From Candidatus Poribacteria bacterium (GTDB lineage Bacteria > Poribacteria > WGA-4E > WGA-3G), in the NCBI GenBank assembly GCA_963665235.2, contig CAXXLX010000001.1, positions 608,001-672,000 on the forward strand: a stretch of DNA of 64,000 nucleotides, written 5' to 3'. Every line of letters starts with the position of its first letter. The first letter of the stretch is position 1. The notes beneath the pieces were generated by a model. It was not told where the DNA came from. It made no database searches and saw nothing but the letters and a program-made list of their open reading frames with translations. Both the position numbers and the translations under genes were made by a program. Positions 10,307 through 20,098 of the stretch are shown one piece after another.

Positions 10307-11197
10307 ATGAAAATAGCATTATTCGGGTCTGGTCAGTTAGCACGGACGGTTGCGTGGAACCTTTGTCATTTAGAGGTGGTCCGGGAGGTTGTCTACTACA
10401 CGGGGACGCAGTCCAACGTAAACTTTGCCAACCGGGTTGAAGATATTACCTTAGCGACAGCCTTAAGCGCGGATGATACTACGGTTTCAGTCACCAACAC
10501 CAGCGAAGGGCTAGCCGATTCGGACGTTGTTGTGCTGCTACCGACCGGCGGTCCCGCTGGTTTCCGTTCAAAACAGGTATTGCAAACAACGACGCTTGCA
10601 AGTGTTCGCCGGGTTGTGCCGAGTCTTCAAGAATATGCGGCTGATGCGAAAATCCTAGTTGCAACACCGCGCGCGAACGCTGTTGCAGCATGGATACATC
10701 AAAACCTTGAGACAGCGAAGGTTATCGGACTTTCAAATAGCGGTGCGACAGCGTATCTGAAATCTGAAATTGCACGGCAGCTCGGACTTTCAGTGAAAGA
10801 TGTCGCCGCGTTGACAATCGGAAATGATGAGGTCATGCATCCGTTACCGCAATATTGTCGGGTTAACGGCATTCCGCTGACGCAACTGATGTCGGAATCT
10901 GACATCCAAAGCCTCTCTGAAGCGGTCGTGGCGCGATGCTCAAATAGGACAGAAATAGGCGAATATACGTTGGCGACTCATATCCACCAAGTTGTATCCG
11001 CAATCGGTTTTGATAAAAAGCGGGTGATGAGCGTAGGGGCACGTGTTTCAACGGATACCGCATCGGTTTTTCTGAACGTCCCATCAAAAATCGGCAGCGA
11101 TGGGGTAGAGAGCATCGTGCCGTTAGAATTGACAGCAGCGCAACGTGAACAGTTTACGCAGCTTGTCGCCCAAAGTGCTGTCGAGCAAACTCTATGA
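10307..11197 (+). CDS. Malate/lactate dehydrogenase-fold protein with degenerate active site
   Basis: MKIALFGSGQL, LADSDVVV, DKKRVM and VP..IG.DGVE.I.PLELT match MDH/LDH; catalytic His/Asp/Arg positions appear substituted. Confidence 0.8.
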   Translation: MKIALFGSGQLARTVAWNLCHLEVVREVVYYTGTQSNVNFANRVEDITLATALSADDTTVSVTNTSEGLADSDVVVLLPTGGPAGFRSKQVLQTTTLASVRRVVPSLQEYAADAKILVATPRANAVAAWIHQNLETAKVIGLSNSGATAYLKSEIARQLGLSVKDVAALTIGNDEVMHPLPQYCRVNGIPLTQLMSESDIQSLSEAVVARCSNRTEIGEYTLATHIHQVVSAIGFDKKRVMSVGARVSTDTASVFLNVPSKIGSDGVESIVPLELTAAQREQFTQLVAQSAVEQTL

Positions 11198-11249
11198 TGA
11201 GCTAAGACATATCTGATAACTGACAGCACAGCGGACCGGACCTACGACT

Positions 11250-12362
11250 ATGAGAGAGATATATAGAAAAATCCCTGAATTGATTGAATCTGCTGAAGTG
11301 GGGGCGTACTGCACCGTTGTAGAAACGAAGGGCTCTACGCCGCAGAAGCCCGGTGCGAAGTTGTTAATCCTGCCGGACTTACGCAATATCGGTACGCTCG
11401 GCGGCGGTTGTGTGGAGGCGGAGGCGCGCAGACAAGCTATCGGACTGATGCAAGGCGGTATGCCGCGCCTGCTTGAGTTCCAATTGGATAGCGATTACGG
11501 CTGGGACGATGGACTTATCTGCGGTGGAAATATGAAAATCTTCATCGATTTGCCGAAAACACCCGGGGAATCGAAGATGTTCACCCGCCTCCAACAACTG
11601 AACGCCGACAAGATACCGCTTATTTGTGCTACAGTTGTCAACAGTGCACAACCCGACGTGGCGGTCGGCATGAAGATGATTTTCGCGACCAATGGAGAAC
11701 GTATCGGGACGTTGGGCAATTCGACGTTGGAAGCGGAGGTGGAAACGCAAGTGCCCGATATTCTCGCGAAAAACCGGGCACACCTATTTCGGAAGAACGA
11801 AATGACCGCTGTTTTTCTGGAACCCCTTCAACCGAGACCGACGCTGCTTATTGCTGGGGCAGGGCACGTCGGACAAGCCCTCTGCCACCTCGGCAACTGG
11901 CTAGATTTTGATATCGCTATCGTCGATGATAGGGTAGACTTTGCCTCAGCCGACCGGTTACCTGAAGCGGACGAAATTATCATCGGAGACATCGCCGAAG
12001 AACTCCGAAAATATCCCATTAACCATCTAACATACGTAGTTATTGTCACGCGGGGGCATCAGCACGATGAATCTGCGCTACATAGCGTCGTTGAATCGGA
12101 CGCACGGTACATCGGACTCATCGGGAGTCGTAGGAAAATAAAACTCATCTTTGACGATTTACTAGAGGTCGGTATCCCATTAGAGAAGCTCAAGCGGGTT
12201 TACGCACCCATCGGTTTAGATATTAATTCCAAAACCGTACCAGAGATAGCGGTCAGCATCGCTTCACAGTTGATTCAGGTACGCAACGGGACGGAAACAG
12301 TGCAATCTGATGAACAGCGTGAAACCCGACACCCCGCACAAATGCCTACTATTAAACTGTAG
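11250..12362 (+). CDS. XdhC/CoxI family molybdenum cofactor chaperone
   Basis: GSTPQKPGA, GTLGGGCVE, GLICGG, GAGHVG, VTRGH, YIGLIGSRRK, APIGLDI. Confidence 0.92.
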   Translation: MREIYRKIPELIESAEVGAYCTVVETKGSTPQKPGAKLLILPDLRNIGTLGGGCVEAEARRQAIGLMQGGMPRLLEFQLDSDYGWDDGLICGGNMKIFIDLPKTPGESKMFTRLQQLNADKIPLICATVVNSAQPDVAVGMKMIFATNGERIGTLGNSTLEAEVETQVPDILAKNRAHLFRKNEMTAVFLEPLQPRPTLLIAGAGHVGQALCHLGNWLDFDIAIVDDRVDFASADRLPEADEIIIGDIAEELRKYPINHLTYVVIVTRGHQHDESALHSVVESDARYIGLIGSRRKIKLIFDDLLEVGIPLEKLKRVYAPIGLDINSKTVPEIAVSIASQLIQVRNGTETVQSDEQRETRHPAQMPTIKL

Positions 12363-12410
12363 GTTGGTTGCCTGCAAGAAAACCCGAAAATACGTTCACG
12401 GAGGATTGAC

Positions 12411-12752
12411 ATGAACCTTATTAGTTTAGAGGAAAACAGGTCTTATACGCTTGCTGAAGTCGTCGCGCTTGTGCAGAAAACACTTGACAGTGTACAGCAA
12501 ACATCTGAGCATTGTCCCCTCCGGTACACACCGACAGATGTCTATTGGTTGTTACATGACATGCTGAGGTATGTGAATCGGAACGTCCCCGGCGAGTTTT
12601 CCCTGCGTCGACTGAAAAGAGGCACCTATCGAGTGGAATACAAGACTGAAAAGACGGGGAGACAGAAAGCGAAGCGGAAACTTAAGGCGGATGTTGAGCG
12701 AACCTCAGCGTATTTACAGGAATTGACAGGACGCAAACCCCCACGGGGCTAA
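12411..12752 (+). CDS. Hypothetical protein
   Basis: GGAGGA RBS; 113 aa ORF co-oriented with neighbours. Confidence 0.6.
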   Translation: MNLISLEENRSYTLAEVVALVQKTLDSVQQTSEHCPLRYTPTDVYWLLHDMLRYVNRNVPGEFSLRRLKRGTYRVEYKTEKTGRQKAKRKLKADVERTSAYLQELTGRKPPRG

Positions 12753-12765
12753 AAGGAGATTTATT

Positions 12766-13662
12766 GTGAGTCAAGAATCACAGATAACAGTTGAAGATAT
12801 TGAGATGTCGGTAGACGCATTAGATGCCGAAAAGGCTGCAAGCATTTTTGAGGAACACGGATGCCTTGTCGTGCGTGGATTGATGAAACCGTATATTGCG
12901 GCACTTCACAAAGATATTGAGGCTGCCGCAGCTGAATCGCTAGCACTGCTTGACGAGGCACAACAGATTGTGGAGGGGTGGCGGACACCAAACGGTACAC
13001 TGTTCCTCCCCGCACCATCGGGTTACGAACGCGATAAGCAGATTATGGTTTTAGCAGTAAACTATCAGACGAGCGCGGCGTTTTTTCAGTCCGCTTTCGA
13101 TGAAAGGACGATTCGCATTGTGGAGGCAATATTGGGACCGAACGTTGAAATCTTCGGAAATGGCCAGTGCCTCTATAAAGAGCCGGTCGGCGGGCATCCG
13201 AAACATCTCCATCAGGATTCAGCATACTTTGAGCATCGATATCAGGGGCCGGTCGGTATCTTGAACTACGTCGTAGATACGGATCTTGTAAACGGCGCGT
13301 TACACGTCGTGCCGGGGTCGCATCGGCTCGGGCAGCTCAAGCATATTGATACGTTTTCGCACCTCGGTTTAGCAGAAGATGAGTGGCCGTGGGAAAGCTC
13401 GCTTCCAGTTATAGGCAAAGCGGGAGATTCTATCTTTTTTAATGTCAAGACAGTTCACGGGTCTAAACAGAATATGTCGGACAAACCGCGGCCTGTTTTC
13501 ATCAATCGGTACCGCCGAACAGATGACTTCGTGATAATTGGTGGCACAACGACAGCCAATCGGGCGGAGGCAGAGAAACGTGCTGCGGCAGCGGAAGAAG
13601 CGAAGAAGGCTAATAGTGACCGGGGGTTGATGGTGCGTGGGTTCCGCCCCTATTCTGCCTAA
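12766..13662 (+). CDS. Phytanoyl-CoA dioxygenase (PhyH) family Fe/2OG dioxygenase
   Basis: HQD, NGALHVVPGSH, GDSIFF..KTVHGS, PR motif; AAGGAG before GTG. Confidence 0.9.
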   Translation: MSQESQITVEDIEMSVDALDAEKAASIFEEHGCLVVRGLMKPYIAALHKDIEAAAAESLALLDEAQQIVEGWRTPNGTLFLPAPSGYERDKQIMVLAVNYQTSAAFFQSAFDERTIRIVEAILGPNVEIFGNGQCLYKEPVGGHPKHLHQDSAYFEHRYQGPVGILNYVVDTDLVNGALHVVPGSHRLGQLKHIDTFSHLGLAEDEWPWESSLPVIGKAGDSIFFNVKTVHGSKQNMSDKPRPVFINRYRRTDDFVIIGGTTTANRAEAEKRAAAAEEAKKANSDRGLMVRGFRPYSA

Positions 13663-14217
13663 TCTTATGTAGGAGCGTGCTGTGCACGCGACCATAAGCA
13701 ATCTTATGTAGGAGGCGTGCTTCGCACGCGACCATAAGCAATCTCTTGTAGGAGCGTGCTTCGCACGCGACCATAAGCAATCTTATGTAGGAGGCGTGCT
13801 GTGCACGCGACCATAAGCAATCTCTTGTAGGAGCGTGCTTCGCACGCGACCATAAGCAATCTCTTGTAGGAGGCGTGCTGTGCACGCGACCATAAGCAAT
13901 CTCTTGTAGGAGCGTGCTTCGCACGCGACCATAAGCAATCTCTTGTAGGAGCGTGCTTCGCACGCGACCATAAGCAATCTTATGTAGGACGCGACCATAA
14001 GCGTGCTGCTTCGCACGCGACCATAAGCAATCTCTTGTAGGAGCGTGCTTCGCACGCGACCATAAGCAATCTCTTGTAGGAGCGTGCTTCGCACGCGACC
14101 ATAAGCAATCTCTTGTAGGAGCGTGCTTCGCACGCGACCATAAGCAATCTCTTGTAGGAGCGTGCTTCGCACGCGACCATAAGCAATCTCTTGTAGGAGC
14201 GTGCTTCGCACGCGACC
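13661..14217. repeat. Tandem array of ~14 GTAG-type REP units (~39 bp)
   Basis: Unit AATCTCTTGTAGGAGCGTGCTTCGCACGCGACCATAAGC with GCGTGC/GCACGC hairpin; no unique spacers; between convergent genes. Confidence 0.92.
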
Positions 14218-14247
14218 CTCTAATTTGCCTTGTTAACACAGTAAGGT

Positions 14248-15300
14248 CTACTTATCACTCTTCAGCACTCCCCACTGCACTTTTTTTTGGTTTCCGTGTG
14301 GTTGGACGGGTAGCACATCATCACTAATCCAATCCAATATTCCATCCTTGCCCGGGTGGTTTGTGAGCCGCGTTCTCACACGTGTCCGAATATGATACTT
14401 ATAGATATTGGCCGGTGGGAACACAAAACCGCGCAAGATCGGTTCGTTCAATGGGATACCGCGATATGCACTGAAAACAACCGATTCACCATCATCCATC
14501 CAGTCAATACTGATCGGGCGCCAGTCTTTCGGTATTTGTAATTGTTTGATGTGCTCGCCGTTGCGATCACAAATCATATACCGATGCGCTTTGTATATCA
14601 GTGCAGTCCCTAGATTCGGTATCCGCTCCCAGGTATACTCATTTTGTGTAAACACAATTTTTTTACCATCCGGAGACCAACGCTGTTTCCATCGGTGAAT
14701 AACCACTGGCCCCCCAACAGGTTCCGGTATGAGTGGACGGGGGTTCTGTCCACCCGAACCCATTATCCAAATCGTATTCCCACCGCCACCTACCTCCACT
14801 GGTTTTGAGAAAATAATATGTTTACCATCCGGAGACCAATCACAGTAGCCTGCGTTAATATTCGCTATTTCTTTCATCTTCCCTGTCTCAATATTCAACA
14901 CGGTGATACCGTATTTCTCCTTGTTGTCTACCCGAACTATCCTATCAAATACGATAGATTTGCCATCCGGGGAAAATGAAACTTTACCGACATAACTATC
15001 ATCGTCTTCTGTGAGTTGCCGGATATTCGTGCCGTCCGCATTCATTAAGAAAACTACCCGTTTCCCGTTTATTCTCACGCGGCTCTTAAACGCAATCTGT
15101 TTACTGTCAGGGGACCAGCAACTGGGATATGGTTGCAAATCTTCGGATTTGGTGAGAAGCGTCTGGTTGCTACCATCATCATCCATTACATAGACCCCTC
15201 TCACACCTTCACGGGTGGAGCCAAAAACAATTTTGGCAGATGCGCTAGTTGATATAAGCAGGAGCAGCACACAAAACAAACAGGCTTTTCGTCCAAACAT
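14248..15300 (-). CDS. Secreted TolB-like (PD40) beta-propeller protein
   Basis: Signal peptide ...ASA-KIVF; repeated WSPDGK.I.F; tail LPVQPHGNQKKVQWGVLK; GAGGAG RBS. Confidence 0.88.
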   Translation of the reverse strand: MFGRKACLFCVLLLLISTSASAKIVFGSTREGVRGVYVMDDDGSNQTLLTKSEDLQPYPSCWSPDSKQIAFKSRVRINGKRVVFLMNADGTNIRQLTEDDDSYVGKVSFSPDGKSIVFDRIVRVDNKEKYGITVLNIETGKMKEIANINAGYCDWSPDGKHIIFSKPVEVGGGGNTIWIMGSGGQNPRPLIPEPVGGPVVIHRWKQRWSPDGKKIVFTQNEYTWERIPNLGTALIYKAHRYMICDRNGEHIKQLQIPKDWRPISIDWMDDGESVVFSAYRGIPLNEPILRGFVFPPANIYKYHIRTRVRTRLTNHPGKDGILDWISDDVLPVQPHGNQKKVQWGVLKSDK

Positions 15301-15321
15301 GGTTATTCTCCTCATGAGAAT

Positions 15322-15344
15322 GGCAGGGGAATATATCCCCTGCC
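15322..15344. terminator. GC-rich hairpin upstream of TolB-like gene
   Basis: GGCAGGGGA-ATATA-TCCCCTGCC; no clear U-tract. Confidence 0.4.
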
Positions 15345-15354
15345 GTTAAACGGG

Positions 15355-15504
15355 TTATGGATTGTCCATTGAAGTAAACGTGTTTGTGCTGTCCACGTGC
15401 CTGTGGTCTAAACCCGTTAAACCCGTTTCCAGGTGGATGTGGGCATTTAACTTATACGAATCCCCACCGTCGATTGGTCCACCGACAGGAAAATTGAGAA
15501 TCAT
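15355..15504 (-). pseudogene. Small ORF or 3' gene remnant (49 aa, MILNFPVGGP...TFTSMDNP)
   Basis: Open frame starting immediately after the DUF420 stop (TAAATG) and ending before the hairpin. Confidence 0.35.
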
Positions 15505-15924
15505 TTAACCTAATTGATACAACATCAGATAGATAAGCACACCTGTTACGGACACATATAACCAAATCGGAAAGGTAATCTTTGCGATACGCCGATGGGC
15601 ATCGAACCGTTCTCGCCAGGCAAGGTAGAGGGTGCGTAATGCAAGCGGCACTATCGCGAACGCCAAAATAATATGCGAAATCAGAATCGTAAAGTAGACA
15701 GGTCGCAGCCAGCCTTGCTGTGTAAACGGTTTCGAGCCTGCATTGGCGTGATAGATAACATAGCAGACGAGGAAAAGCACAGAAACAGCAAATGCGGCTA
15801 GCATGCAGTTTTTATGGGCGGCAATTTTTCGCTGCCGAATTAGCACATATCCGATTGTCAATAGGATACCGCTGATTGTGTTCAGCGTTGCATTGACAGT
15901 CGGCAGGTCTGAAATCTCAAGCAT
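15505..15924 (-). CDS. DUF420 family membrane protein
   Basis: LPTVNATLN, HK.CML.AF, YF.ILISHIILA, HRRIA..TFPIWLYVSVTGV. Confidence 0.92.
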   Translation of the reverse strand: MLEISDLPTVNATLNTISGILLTIGYVLIRQRKIAAHKNCMLAAFAVSVLFLVCYVIYHANAGSKPFTQQGWLRPVYFTILISHIILAFAIVPLALRTLYLAWRERFDAHRRIAKITFPIWLYVSVTGVLIYLMLYQLG

Positions 15925-15940
15925 GTTTTCTCCTAATATA

Positions 15941-16092
15941 ACCTAAGTTGCCACATAGTAGCATAATCTTCCAGATTGTGCATATTTGTGTGCAAACTAA
16001 AAGTGGACGCTACAAATATTACCTAATTATCAGCATATTTTCATTAAAGCCGGTGTTTCTAGGTCTAAAAACTTATAAGCAGCAACTTGGGT
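15941..16092. mobile_element. 152-bp MITE family A, copy 2
   Basis: Same TIRs as 4439-4590; 7-bp TSD TAATATA (15934-15940, 16093-16099). Confidence 0.9.
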
Positions 16093-16138
16093 TAATATAG
16101 CTGCTACCAACGGGCGAGGAAACCTCGCCCCTACAAGC

Positions 16139-17049
16139 CTACCAGGGCCATCGATAGGCTTGCGCGCCTTTAGAATTTTCTAACGCAAATTCCCACCGTT
16201 TACACCATGTTTCATAATCGGTCTGACAGGCTTCTGGCCGCATACGGCTCCGCATCAGGAATGCAGGGTAGTAGGGCCTTCCTGTCGGTTGATAAACGTC
16301 GTGATACCGGAGGTCGAAACTCCATCGGACGGTCTTCGATTCGTTCGGTTTTGCGCTGTGGAGCGTGTAATTGTGGAACAGAATAACCCCACCTGCCTCT
16401 ATTGTGGAACAGAATAACCCCACCTGCCTCGTATCGGCAGTGCTTTCGGTGTGAGGTTCGGGGGTTGATGTTCAGGAGGTACCAGCAATCCTCCCTCCCC
16501 CCAAGCATGTGTGAACAATCCCATCTTATGACTGCCCGGTAGCACTTGTAAACATCCGTTCTCCAACGTTGCGTCCACAATCGGTATCCAGATAGTTAGC
16601 ATGAAATACGGGTCGGTATCGGGCCAGCAGACCCCTGCGTCCTGGTGCCACGGTGTGGGGTCTCGTTGCGATTCCTGTCTTGGCAACACCGCGCGGATAT
16701 GCTGAATCGGGTTGCACACAATCTCGGGCCCGACGAAGGATTCAGCGATGTCGAGGATTTTCGGATTTTTGAGAAAATTAAACGTCGCTTCACCGCGTGC
16801 CCGCATAATATCCAAATCTGCTGTCACCTGTGGGGCTTCAATGGCGAGGTGAAACAATCGCTCCGTGAACGGTTTATCGGCATGGATGTCGGTAACCTTT
16901 CCCTCCTTGTACAACCTTTCAGCACGTTCAGCGATAATTCCGGTGTATTCCTCAATGACGGGCCCCAAGTCATTTTCATTTAATACCTCTTCAAGCAGTA
17001 GAAACCCGTTGTCGTGGAAGCGGGAGACTTCAGATTCAGTTAACCGCAT
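16139..17049 (-). pseudogene. PhyH family dioxygenase, frameshifted by a tandem duplication
   Basis: PWHQD and NGCLQVLPGSH in one frame, GGVILFHNYTLHSA..N...RWSFD in another; 30-bp segment duplicated at 16370-16399/16401-16430. Confidence 0.85.
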
Positions 17050-17065
17050 AATCGTCCTCCTTGCG

Positions 17066-18037
17066 TTATGTGAGCGCGAATAACAGTGCCGCGTTTTCTC
17101 CAAAGATGCGTGTGCGCGCCGTATCCGGAATATCCATCGCCTCGATTAACCCGACAAACCTCGGCATATCGACCCATGGGTGGTCTGTCCCGAAAAGCAG
17201 CCGATGCTCGCCAATGAACTGATACGCGTAGTGCAGTGCTTGTAGGGACGGAGATACGGTGTCCAGATAGATGTGCTGTAGATACGCGCTTGGGGGTTGC
17301 GTAATGTGTTCCCGTGCTCTGCCCAACACCTCGGTTTGATGGTCAATTCTGCCGCTCATGTAGGGCAGAATCCCGCCGACGTGTGGCATTACGATTTGTA
17401 AGTTTGGGTGCCGTTCAAGGATTCCGCTCAAAATCAATCGCAAGAGTGCAAAGCTGCTATCTACCTGTAATCCCATCATACCAATCATCCAGTGGTCTTT
17501 GATTGCTGTCCCCCACGTCGGAACGGTAGGGTGCATGACAATCGGTATCCGCAGTGCTTCGGCATGAGCATAAACAGGCTCAAAGTGCGGAGCGTCGACC
17601 GGTTCACCGCCGATATGTGAATAGAGCATTATCCCACGGAATCCGAGTGTTTTCACGCGATTCATTTCGGGTATCGCCTCATCAGGATTTTGCCACGGTA
17701 GGCATGCCAATCCTGCGAATCGGTGTCGGTGCGCGTCTACCAATTCGGCAATAGCATTGTTAATCGCCTGCGCGCCTTTGAGTCCCAATTCAGGTGTGAG
17801 CATACACGGTGGCGGTATATTCGTGCTGAGCAGTGCCATATCAATTCCTGCTTCGTCCATATCCTTAAGTTTCCGCATTGGGTCGTAGGCTTCGTCCCGG
17901 AGTCGAAATTGTTGGACATCGCCGTAGGTAACAACAGCCTCACCGCCACTGCGGATTACCTGTGGTGGCTGCGGATTTTGAGCGAGGATGTCTATATAGG
18001 CGTTTGGAAATACGTGGCTTTGGCAATCAATTCGCAT
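17066..18037 (-). CDS. Amidohydrolase_2 family protein (ACMSD/decarboxylase-like)
   Basis: IDCQSH, VMHP, PHVGG.LPY, LLFGTDHP, IFGENA. Confidence 0.88.
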   Translation of the reverse strand: MRIDCQSHVFPNAYIDILAQNPQPPQVIRSGGEAVVTYGDVQQFRLRDEAYDPMRKLKDMDEAGIDMALLSTNIPPPCMLTPELGLKGAQAINNAIAELVDAHRHRFAGLACLPWQNPDEAIPEMNRVKTLGFRGIMLYSHIGGEPVDAPHFEPVYAHAEALRIPIVMHPTVPTWGTAIKDHWMIGMMGLQVDSSFALLRLILSGILERHPNLQIVMPHVGGILPYMSGRIDHQTEVLGRAREHITQPPSAYLQHIYLDTVSPSLQALHYAYQFIGEHRLLFGTDHPWVDMPRFVGLIEAMDIPDTARTRIFGENAALLFALT

Positions 18038-18082
18038 TGGACTCTCGACGGCATGCGGCGCGCGCCTACTACCTTTAAAGAC

Positions 18083-18195
18083 CAGGACTTACGCAGCGCG
18101 TTGATAAACCCTAATGATAGTGGGAGCTAGAGCGAGACCTAGCGGGCGGGGAGCCCCCGCCCCTACGAGATTTCTGCTAAATTTGCGTAAGTCCT
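18083..18195. mobile_element. 113-bp MITE family B carrying a REP hairpin
   Basis: TIR AGGACTTACGCA/TGCGTAAGTCCT; flanking direct repeat AAAGAC; internal GGGCGGGGAGCCCCCGCCCCTAC. Confidence 0.8.
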
Positions 18196-18298
18196 AAAGA
18201 CGTTTGATATATCTCTACTATTATGCCATACATTGCGTTTTTCTTCAATGTCTTTTTTTGGAACAAAAACTTTACACACCCTATTCTTAATTTTTTTC

Positions 18299-18327
18299 TT
18301 GAAAAATTTAATAATTTCTTGTATAAT
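18299..18327 (+). promoter_or_regulatory. Putative sigma70 promoter for LamG gene
   Basis: TTGAAA-17 nt-TATAAT. Confidence 0.6.
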
Positions 18328-18433
18328 AAATTTATAATCCTATGAAAAATGGATTTGATACTTGTATGCGGGATTGGAAAAACGGACCCGCATCTAATAT
18401 CAAGTCAACTGTATACCTAAGGAGGTATTTACG

Positions 18434-19219
18434 ATGAAATCTGTGATGTATCTGTTCATGGTGCTTCTCCTTTTAGGGGGTGTTCTATCGACCCAAGCAG
18501 ACGTTAAAGACGACGGTTTAATTCTCTACTTTAGTTTCGATAATGAGAATGGCGGAAAGATTAAGGACGAAACCGGCGGCGGAAATGACGCTGAAATTAT
18601 TGCCAGGGCGGCAATAACAACCGACGAAAAAAAGTACGGCAGAGCCGCGTTGGAAATCAGAGACCAGAACGCTGATGTCCAAGTCCAATCTTTCAAAGAA
18701 TTGGAAACTTATCAGGATAATAGTTACCTCTTCTGGCTCTACTTCATTGAGGGTCATAACGGTTCCTGGAGCCAAATCATCGCGAAGAAAGCCCCTAATT
18801 CCGACCGCTCCCCCGGTATCTGGACATGCACGGGTTCCTTGAACATTCACTGGCGGTTCGAGCCCGGAAACCAGGGTACAGGCTGCGCCGGGCCGGGTGG
18901 AGAAGGCACCCAGTTTGAGCTAAAGAGATGGTATCACGTCGCCGGGATAAAACAGGGCGGAACACTAACATTTTATGTTGATGGCGAAGAAATTCAAACT
19001 AACCCTGTGCCAGCAGATCACCGGCAAGGCGGCGGGGTGCTGTATATCGGTAAAACAAACTACAGAGCCGCGACTTTTTATCTCGATGAACTTTACGTTT
19101 ACAACAGAGCACTAAAGGAGAATGAGGTTGCAACCGTGATGAAAGGCGATCTGCTTCCCGTCGAACCGAAGGATAAGCTTGCCATTAAGTGGGGACAATT
19201 GAAAACACGTCGACACTAA
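18434..19219 (+). CDS. Secreted LamG/concanavalin-like domain protein
   Basis: Signal peptide; LILYFSFD, WYHVAG, FYVDG, LDELYVYNRAL; tail LPVEPKDKLAIKWGQLK. Confidence 0.9.
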   Translation: MKSVMYLFMVLLLLGGVLSTQADVKDDGLILYFSFDNENGGKIKDETGGGNDAEIIARAAITTDEKKYGRAALEIRDQNADVQVQSFKELETYQDNSYLFWLYFIEGHNGSWSQIIAKKAPNSDRSPGIWTCTGSLNIHWRFEPGNQGTGCAGPGGEGTQFELKRWYHVAGIKQGGTLTFYVDGEEIQTNPVPADHRQGGGVLYIGKTNYRAATFYLDELYVYNRALKENEVATVMKGDLLPVEPKDKLAIKWGQLKTRRH

Positions 19220-19294
19220 TTTCACAACAGAAATGTAGGGACAGCTTCTAGACTGTCCCTCTTTTCATTTTTATCAAAACGTAGGTTGAAAAAT

Positions 19295-20083
19295 ATGAAG
19301 AAAGGAATATGTATCGGGTCATTGCCCGGGGAATCAACCGCGGCAAGGTTTAAATTGGCAAAAGCAGCCGGATTCGATGGCGTGGAAATCGGAACATTAA
19401 GAAGCGACACGGAACGCACCGACATAAAGCAGATAGCAACCGATAACGGCATTGAGCTCTGTAGTGTGATGAACGGAAAACATTGGTCACACCCGCTTTC
19501 AGATTCCGACCCTTCCGTTCGGGAAGTTTCGCGTAACGCCATGCTCGATTCTTTGGCGACCGCTGAAGTTATAGGCGCAGATACAGTGCTGCTTGTCGCA
19601 GCTGTTGTCAATCCCAAGACCACTTATGAAGAGGCGTACCAACGTTCCCAAGAAGAAATTCGTAAACTGATTCCAACTGCGAAAGAAAAAGGACTGACGA
19701 TTGCGATAGAGAACGTCTGGAATAAATTCCTGCTGAGCCCAATGGAATTTTCGCGGTACCTAGACGAATTTGAGAGCGATGCAGTCGGTGCCTATTTTGA
19801 TGTCGGCAACATCGTGGCGTACGGTTTTCCACAGCACTGGATTCGTTCGCTCGGCTCGCGAATTTCTAAGGTGCATGTCAAAGGCTTCAACGCAGGCGAA
19901 CACCGCTGGACCTATTTGATTGAGGACTGCACAATCGATTGGAATGCTGTTATGACAGCCCTTGTGGATGTCGGATATGACGACTACATGACAGCAGAGC
20001 TGCCAGTCGGTCAGGATGACCCGGAAGGTACAGTGCATCAGATTAGCGAGGATATGAGCAAAATTATCGCTGGCGAAGTTTAA
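19295..20083 (+). CDS. Sugar phosphate isomerase/epimerase (xylose isomerase-like TIM barrel)
   Basis: GFDGVE, IAIENVWNKFLLSP, YFDVGN, VHVK, TAE. Confidence 0.9.
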   Translation: MKKGICIGSLPGESTAARFKLAKAAGFDGVEIGTLRSDTERTDIKQIATDNGIELCSVMNGKHWSHPLSDSDPSVREVSRNAMLDSLATAEVIGADTVLLVAAVVNPKTTYEEAYQRSQEEIRKLIPTAKEKGLTIAIENVWNKFLLSPMEFSRYLDEFESDAVGAYFDVGNIVAYGFPQHWIRSLGSRISKVHVKGFNAGEHRWTYLIEDCTIDWNAVMTALVDVGYDDYMTAELPVGQDDPEGTVHQISEDMSKIIAGEV

Positions 20084-20098
20084 GTAAACCTGAACGCA

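Noticed and set aside
13661-14217. CRISPR array call for the tandem repeats (also 35797, 36948, 55661)
   Set aside because: Linkers are identical rather than unique spacers; units are GTAG-REP hairpins
13610-14239. Repetitive ORFs over REP arrays (also 35493-36006, 36786-37124, 55573-56171)
   Set aside because: Translations of non-coding repeats; no RBS or protein-like content
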